A stretch of DNA of 64,000 nt from Narcine bancroftii (Eukaryota): contig NC_091475.1 of NCBI RefSeq assembly GCF_036971445.1, forward strand, positions 189,906,001 to 189,970,000, read 5' to 3'. This document shows positions 22,778-34,200 of the stretch, piece after piece. Numbering within the stretch: the stretch's first letter is position 1; each line of letters begins with the position of its first letter. A program made the position numbers and the translations under genes. The notes beneath the pieces were generated by a model. That model saw only the letters and a list, made by a program, of their open reading frames with translations, did no database searches and was not told the DNA's origin.

Positions 22778-22960
22778 CACAAGATATAGGAGCAGAGGTA
22801 GGCCAAGCAGCCCATCGCATCTGCTCCACCATTCTAATCATGAGCTGATCCATCCGCCCCTCAGACCCAGTCCTGGCTCTCTACCAGCAACCTTGGATGC
22901 CCTGTCTAATCACCTACCTGTCAATCTTTGCCTTAAATGCACCCAGCGACCTCGGTTCCA
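22778..22960 (-). mobile_element. CR1/HER1 LINE 3' tail
   Basis: gatataggagcagaggtaggcc..tctgctccaccatt..catgagctgatc is the reverse complement of the CR1 tail at 33180-33270. Confidence 0.75.
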
Positions 22961-24454
22961 CAGGATTATCCATCATGTATGTGCGTGATGGTTCTCTGGG
23001 ACATTTGTCAGTTAACCTATGAAAACAATAACTTGTTGCAAATTTGCTTGAAACATAAGATATTTATTCAAGGCAGCTATAGGTCAACCACACTGAAAGG
23101 TATCATTGTGAATTGTCCTCTGATTCGGAATTGCAAAGTGTGTGAAGTGAGTAATCTTGACCTTTTTAATCCATCAGTTTTCATGTAGCTAAGCACTGTG
23201 TAAGCTCGGAATGAGCCTTTTTACAATGTTGAGAGACAGAGGGAGTGACTCAAGATTTTTAAAAAAATCTACATATCTTTGTCCTCATAATTTTACATCA
23301 TGTGTTTCCTTTGCAAGCAACACTAAAGAATTAAGATGGACAAGAAATGGTTAGATTGAGTCAGTAAAGTACTACTAAACAGCTGCAGATAACTGCAGGA
23401 GCACCAGAAACAGTTGTAAGAATGCAATTTAAATCCAGATGGGGCCGATGAGGCAGTGGCAACTCCAAATAAATAAAATTGCAATAATTCTTTGGGAGGG
23501 TTAGTTTGGTAACACATCTGCTTCCCCTCATTTTCTTACCATAGCAACATTTTCCTCTGAAATCTGTTTACCTTTTGTTGTGTTATTGTTTTCTTTTGGA
23601 TCAACTTTGGTTTGCTTCAGTCTTTGAATTGTCTGCAGAGTTTGTAGTCAAGAACACGTGACCTTTGCACTTGGCAACCAATTTAATCAACTGATGTATA
23701 TTGGAGTAGTCAACATAGGCAAAGCATAAATCTATTACTCTTCAAATTGATTAGTTCTAACTCTGTGGGCTGGCCTGTGTGAGCAATCCCCTGTCATGAC
23801 TCTTGTCTGCTGGGGCAAGGCACTGCTGAGATCATCGGCTATTCAGGGCAGAAGATATTTAAAGACGTAACATTGCTTTGCCTAGTTCCAATACGGTCAC
23901 CGGTCTAAGCTGACTCAGTACGGAACCTGCAGCAGGCATTCAGTAGCTTCTGCAAGATTCACACCACCTGGATCAATAGAACAAGCACCCCAAGCTATCA
24001 GCTTCTGGAAGGCTAGACCATACATGTGTGCTGCTGGTCAAACGCAGAGCTGCAAAAGGCAAGTTCATCAATTCCAAAGGAAAATCCACAATGAATCAAT
24101 AAAAACACTCGCTATAGATAGGTGAAGTATAGAAGCATAAGAAAATTACAGAACAAAATATAATTAAGCCATCTCTTCCACATTAATGATTAAAATAACA
24201 AGGATTATATTCAATTTGGTAGCAAACTACCAGAATTATCTTACCATCTAAAATAATTTTTTGCAAATATAGCAATAGTGTTTCAAGGCAAAGTATATCA
24301 CTTTTATAGATTCCTGTCATGGAGAGAGAGTGAGAGAGATTTGTGATGTCATCAACTGCTGCCTTTGGCATTTTATCCCCAAGTTGAGCATTTTACTCTT
24401 TGTAATTGTACTGGACACAAATGTAAGTAAACAGAGCAGAAGGGACAGCATCCT

Positions 24455-24550
24455 GTCTCGAGGTGCTGAAAAGACCGGCTGAGTTTCTCCAGCATTTTGG
24501 TTTGTTTTTACTATAATCACAGCATCTGCAGACATTGGTGTTTCGCGCTG
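24455..24550 (+). mobile_element. Penelope tail fragment
   Basis: tgctgaaaagaccggctgagtttctccagc nearly identical to 11902-11931. Confidence 0.75.
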
Positions 24551-25254
24551 GATTCCATGTTCACTCTGAACAAATGACTGCGGTACTCATCACGGTGCAG
24601 CTTATATCATTTGTTGTCTGCACTTTATAGCATAGAATGGTGCAGCACAGAAGGAGATTATTTGATTAACTGCACTTGCTCCTGAGAGAATAATCTACTT
24701 TGTCCAATTCCCTGCTCTTCCTTTCCATATTTGAACAAAACATTATTTTTCAAATGTATTCATGTTCCTTTTAAAATCTATTATGTGGTTTGCACTTGCA
24801 TCTGTTTCTGGGGGAAAATCTACTTGTCTGCATCCCTCTGAACAATAAAATTATCACCTTTCAATTTCACCTCAAATCCTTATTGGTTAATTTTCACAAT
24901 TTACCAAATGAAAACTTCATAATTTTGAGCAAATCTATCAAATAACTTTCATGTTCCTGTGATCAGAACCCAGTTTTCTCTTATCTCCTCAGAAACAAAG
25001 TTTAGTGCATTTACAGACAAATTAAGATTCTATCACCCTTTGTGATTTTTTTGTGCCACACAGTCTTCTTCACCTTTAATTCATCCTGTGTTCCAGCTGC
25101 AACATCACCAGCCCGATGAATGAAATGGTCTTGTGTTTATGATGTGGCTTTCACAACTGTAGGGGACTTTGGAACCAGTGAAATCTTTTAGAGGTAGACT
25201 CATGGAAGCAACATCAGTAACGCAACAACTAATTTGATCTGACAAAAGGAGCCA

Positions 25255-25480
25255 AGTTCAAGGTTCAAGGTTTATTATCATGTATACAAAAAAAAATTCC
25301 TTTGTTTGCCCTACAAAGGCAAACAAAGATTCCTGTGCCATTATTAAAACAAGAAAGAGAAGCAAAAGAGAGAGTCCCTGCAGAATGGCAGTGGATATGA
25401 CTTGCTCTCAGTGTTGTCATTGGCTTGTCTGCCTTCCGCACACCAACACCAATCCCCCCCCACACACACCATAACATCCA
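25255..25480 (-). mobile_element. LINE 3'UTR fragment (Rex1-like tail)
   Basis: Sense AATAAACCTTGAACCTTGAAC short-repeat tail. Confidence 0.5.
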
Positions 25481-25504
25481 CAGCTATATGGCTTGTTGTG
25501 CAGG

Positions 25505-25610
25505 AGTAAAACATGAAAGTCTGCAGACACCATGATTAAAGTAAAAACACAATGCTGGAGAAACTCAGCAGGTCAAATAGTGTTGGACTTGTGACCTTCA
25601 TCAAAGTATG
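25505..25610 (-). mobile_element. Penelope tail fragment
   Basis: aaacatgaaagtctgcagacac..gctggagaaactcagcagg matches 9534-9580. Confidence 0.72.
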
Positions 25611-25834
25611 GCTTGTTGTTCAGCTGTGATGTATCTAAATCATACCTCCTTGACTCTCAGTTCTGAATTACCCATGTGTTAGGAAGCTTTGGGTGGCCGA
25701 GGCTTTTCAGGAGGCCTGCTTACTATCACACATTCCTGGTTCCAGTGTGAGGCCTTTGATCACTGAGCCCAATCTAGAGCATTTAGTTCCACAAAGTTAC
25801 CCGGTGGGACTGACAAGCCTCCTGGATATATTCC

Positions 25835-26665
25835 ACAAGGCACAAGGGCAGAAATAGGTTATTCAGCCCATCCAGTCTGCCCTGTCATTCAACCATGAGC
25901 TGATCCATTTTCATACTCAGCCCCACTGCCCTACCTTCTCCTCAGAACCTTTGATGCCCTGCCTAATCAAGAACCTATTGATCTCTGCCCTAAATAGACC
26001 CAACCACATGTGGAAATCTATTCCACAAATTTACCACTCTCTGGCTAAAGACATTCCCCTGCATCTCTGTTTTAAGTGGAGGTAATTCAATCCTGAATTT
26101 GTGCCCTCTTGTCCTAGATTCTCGACCATGGAGAATAACTTTTCCTAATTTCCCTCTTCATGCCTTTCAACATTTAAAATATTTCAATAAGATTCCCCCC
26201 CTTCTTTCTCCTAAATGCCAATGAGTACAGGCCAAGAGCAGTCAAATGCTCCTCATATAATAACCCTTTCATTCCCAGAATCATCCTTGTGAACCTCCTC
26301 TCAACCCTCTCCAACATCAGCACATCCCTTCTTAAATGGGGAGCTCAAAACTGCTCACAATACTCTTCGTGAGGTCTCATCAGTGCCTTGTAGAGCCTCA
26401 ACATCACATCCCTGGCCTTACATTCTACTCCTCTTGAAACAGGTTTCAGCTTTGCATATGGCTTCTTAATTTCTGACTCAACCTGCAAGTTTATCTTCAG
26501 GCTATCCTGTACAAAGACTCCCAGATTCCTTTTCAATTTTCTCCCTATTTAGAAAATAGTGTGCTGGTTTAATTTTTTCTACCAAAGTGCATGTCTGTAC
26601 ACTTTCCAACATTGTATTTAATTTGCCTCTTCTCTACCCATTCTCCTCATCTGTCTAAGTCCTTG
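25835..26665 (-). mobile_element. CR1/HER1 LINE 3' part
   Basis: ORF 26345-26536 (RNLGVFVQDSLK..SRGVECKARDVMLRLYKALMRPH) and CR1 tail. Confidence 0.88.
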
Positions 26666-27008
26666 TCCATTGCTGTGGGTTTCCTTTTCTGTTGTGTTCC
26701 ATTCATAGCTCCTCCTTCCAGGCAGGGAGATGCACTCCCATTCCAAAAGCCCGCTCCGATCTGCTATTTTCTCTGTCCCAGCAGTTCTCAATGTCTGGCT
26801 GCTGAACATGTGCACTTACACCTTGAATATGAACCTCAGAGAATCTCTGATGTGAAAGCCCCATTCTCCAGGCATTCAAACCTGAACTGAATCCTACTTA
26901 GGACCCTGCAGATTAGCTCTGAAAGGCCATGGCATCATTTCTCCCATGTTATAGGAGGAGCAGCAGCACTGCCAAGTGTAACTCCAGATACAGCCAGTCA
27001 GCTGAAAC

Positions 27009-27160
27009 AGGGATAAATACTAGCTAAAGATCCATTTGGTTTCTTTAAATAGTGTCATGAATCTCTTTACATCTCGGAGGGTGCATTATATGATGTCTGA
27101 TTGTGCACAGAAGTGTCAGCCTAGGTTTCTGTTCTCGAGTCACTGGCGTAGAGTTTTAAC
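27009..27160 (-). mobile_element. DeuSINE (SacSINE1/AmnSINE1-like) central-domain relic
   Basis: gggataaatactagc..aaatagtgtcatgaatctctttacatc..aagtgtcagcctagg resembles the recalled Deu-domain reverse complement. Confidence 0.6.
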
Positions 27161-27900
27161 ATGTGTTCTCTCAAATTAGCTCCAGATGATTTATCACTTA
27201 ATTAGTTTGAAAATCAACACCTCACTTTACTTTTTTATGCCCTCCTACAAAATGCGAGTCTGCCAAAGTTGCTCTTTGGATTTGGTTGCAACAACAATTT
27301 TGACAAATGATCTGTTTGTTTTCCATTTTCCATTGTGTTTACCTGATATTCTAAAATTACACTGCCTTGTAAACTGAATTCCCTCTTTAATAACCCTCAT
27401 GAATAACCCCCTTTAATATTTAACAATGAATATTGATCCTCATTTTATTTAATCATGTGGTGAATATCCAGAATGATAAAGGATTCTGGGCTCGTGGTTT
27501 GAACAAAACCTGGGTCATTGCAAAAATAAAGATTGTTGCACTTTTTCCATGACACTGGACTATTGTTGCATTAACAAGACTGCTAACTATTCCAACAACG
27601 GCTTGCACCTTTTACACATTTATTAGGAAATTTTGAGATCAAGAAAGATGTGGTGTAGGGTCTTTTGAGGTGTATTAAGGTGAATAAATCTCCTAGGCTT
27701 GAAGGAACATATCCTGGGTTATTGAATGAAGCGATTGCTGAGGCCTAGACAAAGATCTTTGCATAATCACTTGTGACAGGAGAGGTCCCAGAGATTTGGA
27801 GAGTAGCTAATGATGTACCTTTGTTCAAGAAGGGAGAAAACGAATAATCCAGGAAATTATAGGCCAATGAGCCTGATCCACAGAGGAGAAATTTGGAAAG

Positions 27901-28131
27901 TGTAGAGCGCGTCAAAAGAATTAAAAGCTTGTTGATCCAAACCAAGGCCTTTATTGACTAGAAGACTGGAGCGTATCACATGTAGGTCGACCAGTCCAGA
28001 ATGACCTGGTCTGGCTAGGAGCAACCCTTTAAGACCTGCCAGTAGGTGTGGCTACACTCTCAGCCAATTACAGTCATCCTACACTACAATCTGTACATAT
28101 ACACATTGGTAATAGAATTTGTACTATCACA
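27901..28131 (-). mobile_element. Solo LTR (231 bp) with 5-bp TSD
   Basis: TG..CA termini; TSD GAAAG at 27896-27900 and 28132-28136; AATAAA on minus strand near 27950. Confidence 0.9.
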
Positions 28132-28953
28132 GAAAGGATACTTCATGTTAGGATTTATGCACATTTGGAAAGTCATGGTCAGATTAAGGACAGTCAACAT
28201 GGCTTTATGAGAGGTTGGTCATCTATTAGCAGTTGGTGGAGTTGTGGACAATGTACTGGGTTAGCAAAGAATACAATAGGACATTTACCAGTTACCTATA
28301 TGGGCAGAGAAATGGCAGATGGAGTTTAATCTAGACGTGTGAAGTGTTGCACTTTGGGAAGCCAATTTTTTAATGGGAAAGTATATAGTGAATGACAAGC
28401 AAGAGGCATAGAAGGGTTCAGGTCCAGAGTTCATTGAAAGCAGCCATGCAAGTAGATAATGTTGTAAAGAAGATGTACGGTATGCTTGGCTTCATTGGGT
28501 GAGTCACTGAGTATAAAAGTAAGGAGGTCACATGGCAGCCACATTAAACATTGGTTAGGCCGCACTTACGTGTGCAATTCTGGTCATCACATTACAGGAA
28601 ACATCTGGAGGCTTTAGAAAGGTTACAGAAGAAGTTAACCAGTGTGTTGCCTGGTTTAGAGGGTATGATTAATAGAGAAAGTTTGGACAAACTTGTGCTG
28701 TTTTCTCAAGAGCAAAAGAGGCCAAGGGAAGACCTGATAGAGGTTTATAAAATCTTGAGGGCATTGATATGGTAGAAAATCAGAATCTTTATCGCAGAGT
28801 TAAAGCATCACACACAAGAGGACATGCATTTAAGTTGAAGGGAGGGAGAAGTTTAAAGGAGATATTTTACACAGAAAATAGTAGGTGCACAGACAGACTG
28901 CTGGGATAATGGTGCAAGCAGATAGTGGCATTTAAGCAGCTTCAAGATAGACA

Positions 28954-29776
28954 AAACTCAAAACTCAAAACGGTCAACCAGTTTACCTATCTCGGCTGCA
29001 CCATTTCATTGGATGCAAGGATCGACAAAGAGATAGACAACAGACTCGCCAAGGCAAATAGCGCCTTTGGAAGACTACACAAAAGAGTCTGGAAAAACAA
29101 CCAACTGAAAAACCTCACAAAGATTAGCGTATACAGAGCTGTTGTCATACCCACACTCCTGTTTGGCTCTGAATCATGGGTCCTTTACCGGCATCACCTA
29201 CGGCTCCTAGAACACTTCCACCAGCGTTGTCTCCGCTCCATCCTCAACATTCATTGGAGCGACTTCATCTCCAACGTCGAAGTACTCGAGATGTCAGAGG
29301 CCGACAGCATCAAATCCACGCTGCTGAAGATCCAACTGCGCTGGGTAGGTCACGTCTCCAGAATGGAGGACCATTGCCTTCCCAAGATCGTGTTCTATGG
29401 CGAGCTCTCCTCTGGCCACCGAGACAGAGGTGCATCAAAGTAGAGGTACAAGGACTGCCTAAAGAAAGCTCTTGGTCCCTGCCACATTGACCACCGCCAG
29501 TGGGCTGATCTCACCTCAAACCGTGCATCTTGGCGCCTCACAGTTCGGCGGGCAGCAACCTCCTTTGAAGAAGATCTCAGAGCCCACCTCACTGTCAAAA
29601 GACAAAGGAGGAAAAACCCAACACCCAACCCCAACCAACCAATTTTCCCTTGCAACCGCTGCAACCGTGTCTGCCTGTCCCGCATTGGACTTGTCAGCCA
29701 CAAACAAGCCTGCAGCTGATGTGAACATTACCCCTCCATAAATCTTTGTCCGCGAAGCCAAGCCAAAGAAGAAGAA
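28954..29776 (+). mobile_element. RTE-clade LINE, 5'-truncated, young
   Basis: ORF 28925-29443 (FTYLGCTIS..RLAKANSAFGRL..LLFGSESW..QLRWVGHVSRM); C-terminal C2H2 finger; (GAA)n tail; TSD AAGATAGACA at 28944-28953 and 29777-29786. Confidence 0.95.
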
Positions 29777-30974
29777 AAGATAGACACATATATATAAAGG
29801 GAATGAAGGGACATGGATCAAGGGCAAGTATTTGAATTTAGTTTGATTTAGACATCATGGTTGGTACAGACATGTGGGCCAAAGGGCCTGTTCTTCTGCT
29901 GTACTATTCTACTTCATACCTAAAATAACTATAATCTTTAACATATTTAAGACATTAACAATGGAACCAATACATCCAAGGGTCTTTGTTCGATGTACAA
30001 AGTTTGCTTTACAGCAACAGTTTTCTCTTTTGACTCTCAATTGGGTTTGCTTGATTGCTTATTTGAAACGAATGCTCCTTCCATTCTCTTGACACAAAAA
30101 AAACTGCAAAAAAAAAGAACCATGTCCAACAAATTGCCTCAATTTGCTTTTTGTGACCATTTGATTTTGAAGATTTAAAACATGATGCTGCTCCTGCTAC
30201 TATTTTCTGGAGGGGCAAAGGTAACCGTTTTGTTTACCACTGTTCTCTTGATCCTATTGTACATGGAAAATGTATACATCACGCTTGAGCTATTTTTGAT
30301 TAATACTCAATGCAGAGAAATCTGTTATCTGTTGAATTGTGGAAACAGGAACAATTCAAAAAAGACAAATTAAGAACATACATTCAGAGTGCAATAACTC
30401 ATAGTGACTGAAGAATGCCACCAGATTTGTTTTCATTTACAAGAAAGCTCTTCACACACAATACCCTAGCAACACCCAAAAGACTCCAAAATGCTTCTAC
30501 AATAAATGCACGACAGGACTATTGTAACTGACCTTGTACACAAAATAGCCTGGGAAAAACACATCTCTGTCAAAGTAACATTTTAAAACAATTTAAACGA
30601 GTGCATTTCCCTCAGAGCTGTGACAAGCATCAAAGTTACTTTTTAAAAAAAAAATTAGCAGACTGGTTTTCTGGCAAGATTCATTTAAACATTTCACCCC
30701 AAAAGGTTTTATTCTTCCTTTGGCTGGCTGAATTTGGTGTCTCTTTTGGTGGGATAGAAGAGAAACAGGCTGCTCTCCTTGTGCAGAATAGAAGCAGGAA
30801 GGAAGTTTACATGTTCAGTCTTCCCTTGCCTGATGGACAATAATGAATGGAATTAATTGCAGTTGAATGGAAGCTTGTTGTCAAGACTGTTCAGTCCCCC
30901 TCAAGGAAGATTCAAGCGAGCAAGTATTCTGGAAGCCAGACATTGTGCAGAAGAAAGAAAATGTATAACCTAAT

Positions 30975-31265
30975 GACACAGTGATGCAACAAGCCTCCGA
31001 TCACCGGAGGCTTGGGTTTGATCCTGACCTCCGGTGCTTTCTCTGGAATTTGCTCCTTTTCCCTGTGACAATCACATTGATTTCTTCCTGAAGCTCTGGT
31101 TTCCTCCTACAACCCAACAACATTTGGGCTGGTAGGTGATGTGAGTTGGAGAGTCTGGGGGAGTTGGTGAGAATGAGGGATAATTTAAAAAAAAAAAGGA
31201 TTGATATAATATGGCTGCCATGAACAGTAGTAAGCCAAAGGGCCTGTTTCCATGCTGTATCTCCC
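30975..31265 (+). mobile_element. V-SINE (HE1-like), degenerate
   Basis: B-box-like gggtttgatcc, core ggtttcctcc, tail gggcctgtttccatgctgtatctc. Confidence 0.7.
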
Positions 31266-31429
31266 TATATTCCTTTGATTCTGTTTCATTTTCTTGTTCA
31301 GTCAAATAATCTGATAAAATAAGACCTTGTTTAGCCTTCTACTAAATACTCAGAATGTTGTGGGATGGGATAGATACATTGATCAGCCCATTTTAACTTG
31401 GAACATTACAGGACAGTACAAGGCCTTCA

Positions 31430-31913
31430 TTTCCCAAGATGTTCACAAATTATATGACCTGATGAGCTCTATTGCCAATTAGACATCCTTCGCCCTTTTG
31501 TCTGTCAGTCAGGGCCTTCATGACCTTAATCACAAGCTCTCTGCTGTCAGGACAGTGGCTTTACAGAATCGTATGGCCCTGGATTTTCTTTTAGCAAAAC
31601 AGGGTGGCACATGTGCTGTTGTCGATTCTGAATATTGCTCGTATGTTCCCGATGTATCCACTAATGTATCTGATATTGTTCAGCATGTTTCAAAATCTGT
31701 TTGTGAGCTTCAGCGTCTGGGTTTGTGGCCCACAAGGATAGTTTGAGCCTTGGTTGGAATCCTTTTTCATGGTTAACTGGTACATTTGGGGGATTGGGCC
31801 ACAATATTCTCCGTTGGTTGATCGCATTATCGCTTATTTTTGTGATTATCATAGTTTTAGTTTCTCTTTTTCGCTCCTTCTGTTCTCAAATGCTTGTAAG
31901 GTCTCGTAAGTGA
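31430..31913 (+). pseudogene. env: Retroviral env TM subunit fragment (gamma-type), frameshifted
   Basis: Immunosuppressive domain LQNRMALDFLLAKQGG, CX6CC-like CAVVDSEYC, then membrane anchor ILRWLIALSLIFVIIIVLVSLF in the next frame. Confidence 0.92.
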
Positions 31914-31925
31914 CAGGCTGCGACC

Positions 31926-31936
31926 AAGGGGTGGAA
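31926..31936 (+). promoter_or_regulatory. Polypurine tract of the ERV
   Basis: AAGGGGTGGAA immediately before LTR start TGTAATGG; typical of the ERV-L/S group. Confidence 0.85.
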
Positions 31937-33821
31937 TGTAATGGAGGATTTAGACCAGCTTATGCAAGAAGGGATGGAGTTGCATCAGAAGACATACAGC
32001 CTTCGGGTGCGGTTTAAACTAATTTGGCAGGGGGGTGGGAACCCGTATGATAGGGCAAAGGACAGAAAAGGTAAAACAGGAAAAGTTAGGTTAGGCAGCA
32101 AAAGTAAAAAATCAGAAAGAGCAAGGAGGGTGAAAAAAGCAAATCTGAAGGCTTTATATCTTAATGCAAGAAGCATTCGGAACAAGGTAGATGAATTAGC
32201 TGTGGAAATTGAGATAAATATGATTTGATTGGGATTACAGAAACATGGCTGCAGGGTGGTCAAGCCTGGGAACTTAACATGTTCACAATTTACATTAATG
32301 ATCTAGATGAGGGATTGGATGTAATATCTCCAAATTTGCAGATGACACTAAGCTAGGAGGGGTTGTGTGCACGGAAGAGGGGGTCAGGAAGCTCCAGTGT
32401 GATTTGGATAAATTGAGGGACTGGGCAGATACATGGCAAATGCACTACAATGTGGATAAATGTGAGGTTATCCACTTTGGTAATGCAAACCGGAGGGCAG
32501 ATTACTATCTGAATGGCAATAGATTAAGAGATGGGGAAGTGCAGAGAGACCTAGGGGTATTTGTACATCAGTCTCTGAAGGCGAGCATGCAGGTACAGGA
32601 GGCGGTTAAAAAGGCAAATGGTATGCTGGCCTTCATATCAAGAGGGTTTGAGTATAGGAACAAGGATACCTTACTGCAGCTGTACAGGGCCTTGGTGAGA
32701 CCCCACCTGGAGTATTGTGTGCAGTTTTGGTCACCTTATCTAAGGAAGGACGTTCTTTCAATGGAGGGAGTGCAGAGGCGATTCACCAGGCTGATACCTG
32801 GAATGGCAGGAATGACTTAGGAGGAAAGATTGCGCAAATTGGGATTGTACTCACTGGAGTTTAGAAGATTGAGAGGGGATCTCATAGAGACCTATAAAAT
32901 TCTGGCAGGACTGGACAGAATGGATGCAGATGGGATGTTTCCAAGGATGGGAAAATCCAGAACCCGGGGCCATGGTTTGAGGATAATAGGCAAACCATTT
33001 AGGACCGAGATGAGGAGGGATTTCTTGACCCAGAGAGTGGTGAATCTGTGGAATTCATTGCCACAGAGGCAGTAGAGGCAGGTTCATTAAATATATTTAA
33101 GAGGGAATTAGATATATTTCTTCAGTATAAGGGTATTAAAGGTTACGGAGAGAAGGCGGGGACGGGGTACTGAACTTTAAGATCAGCCATGATCTCGTTG
33201 AATGGCGGAGCAGGCTCGAAGGGTCGAATGGCCTACTGCTGCTCCTATCTTATATGTTTCTATGTTTCTATCTAATTTCCACCATGAGGCCCAGGATGCA
33301 TATGAATCAGTAGAAATTATCTAATTTCCACCATGAGGCCCAGAGATGCAGTTGTCTTTTGTTGGTCGCAGACTGTCAGGAGACCTTGAAGATAATTAAA
33401 TCATTTATTCAAAGAGATAACCTATGAGTAAACAATTTTTTGGGTAATATAAGCCATGGTCCCACTGCTTAAGTTTGAGACTCTCCAAGAGGTGGCAACA
33501 TCTCTCAGAAAGAAGAAGAAATTTTAGACTCCAACCAATGTCCCGGTCAGGGGAGGTGGAGAAGCTGCTACCGGCGCCCAGACAACCTACTACAAGTGTG
33601 CAATCGTTGCCTCGCTTCGGTAGTTGGGTCCAGTCCAGGCATTGATAAGTATAATTGGAAAGGGCTTGCATATTATAGTTTGAATTCTGCTTTAGATTTA
33701 GTTATAAAGATTTGTATAAACTGAAGTGCTCTCAGTGTGAGTGTCTGTTTTCTTTCGGTAGCTCAAACACTGTGACCAATCTAAAACGAACAAAATGAGA
33801 GGTACAAGTTTACCCAGGACA
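31937..33821 (+). repeat. ERV 3' LTR, split by a CR1 insertion (31937-31995 and about 33268-33821)
   Basis: TGTAATGGAGG..CCCAGGACA; reverse complement of 36015-36576; has an extra ~47-bp internal duplication near 33270-33350. Confidence 0.92.
31996..33271 (+). mobile_element. Young CR1/HER1 LINE with a large internal deletion
   Basis: APE start LYLNARSIRNK..GITETWL joined at about 32281 to RT FTIYINDLDEG..SKFADDTKL; ORFs 32365-32820 and 32830-33075; tail (TATGTTTC)n. Confidence 0.93.
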
Positions 33822-34200
33822 ATTCTGACCCACCACTAGTCCTTTTGTAATAGTCCGAATTCCAAATGCAAATCCCCCTTGGCTAGTATTAAGGGCCGTA
33901 CTGGCCAACATATTGATACCTAGGATACACTCGTCAGTGGCAGCCAGCAGGGCATGTAACCATACATGGGAAGGGCCATCACCCACCGTGGCGCGGACTT
34001 TTATTTCCTTAGCCAGGGTGATCGCTCCTCCCATCCCCTCTATTCGAAATGTTGGTCCAGTCCAGAGGTCGGGGTTACCATGAATCACCGAGTGCTCTGC
34101 ACCAGTATCAACCAAGGCTAAATATTGGTGGTCATTACCCCAACCCCAATGGATTGTTAACGGTGTGTAGGGCCGCGGGTCTCCGTATATCCGCCGTATC
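33822..34200 (-). pseudogene. pro: ERV aspartic protease, ending at the inversion junction
   Basis: DPRPYTPLTIHWGWGNDHQYLALVDTGAEHSVIHGNP..CILGINML. Confidence 0.92.

Larger units (their letters stand above)
27650..29910 (+). mobile_element. CR1/HER1 LINE, internally deleted, hosting a solo LTR and an RTE insertion
   Basis: KSPRLEG, PGNYRP, DSQHGF, VRPHL..VQFWS, DLIEVYKIL motifs; tail resumes at 29777. Confidence 0.85.

Noticed and set aside
31498-31913. Domesticated syncytin-like env
   Set aside because: TM fragment only, with an upstream stop, a frameshift and a mutated CX6CC motif
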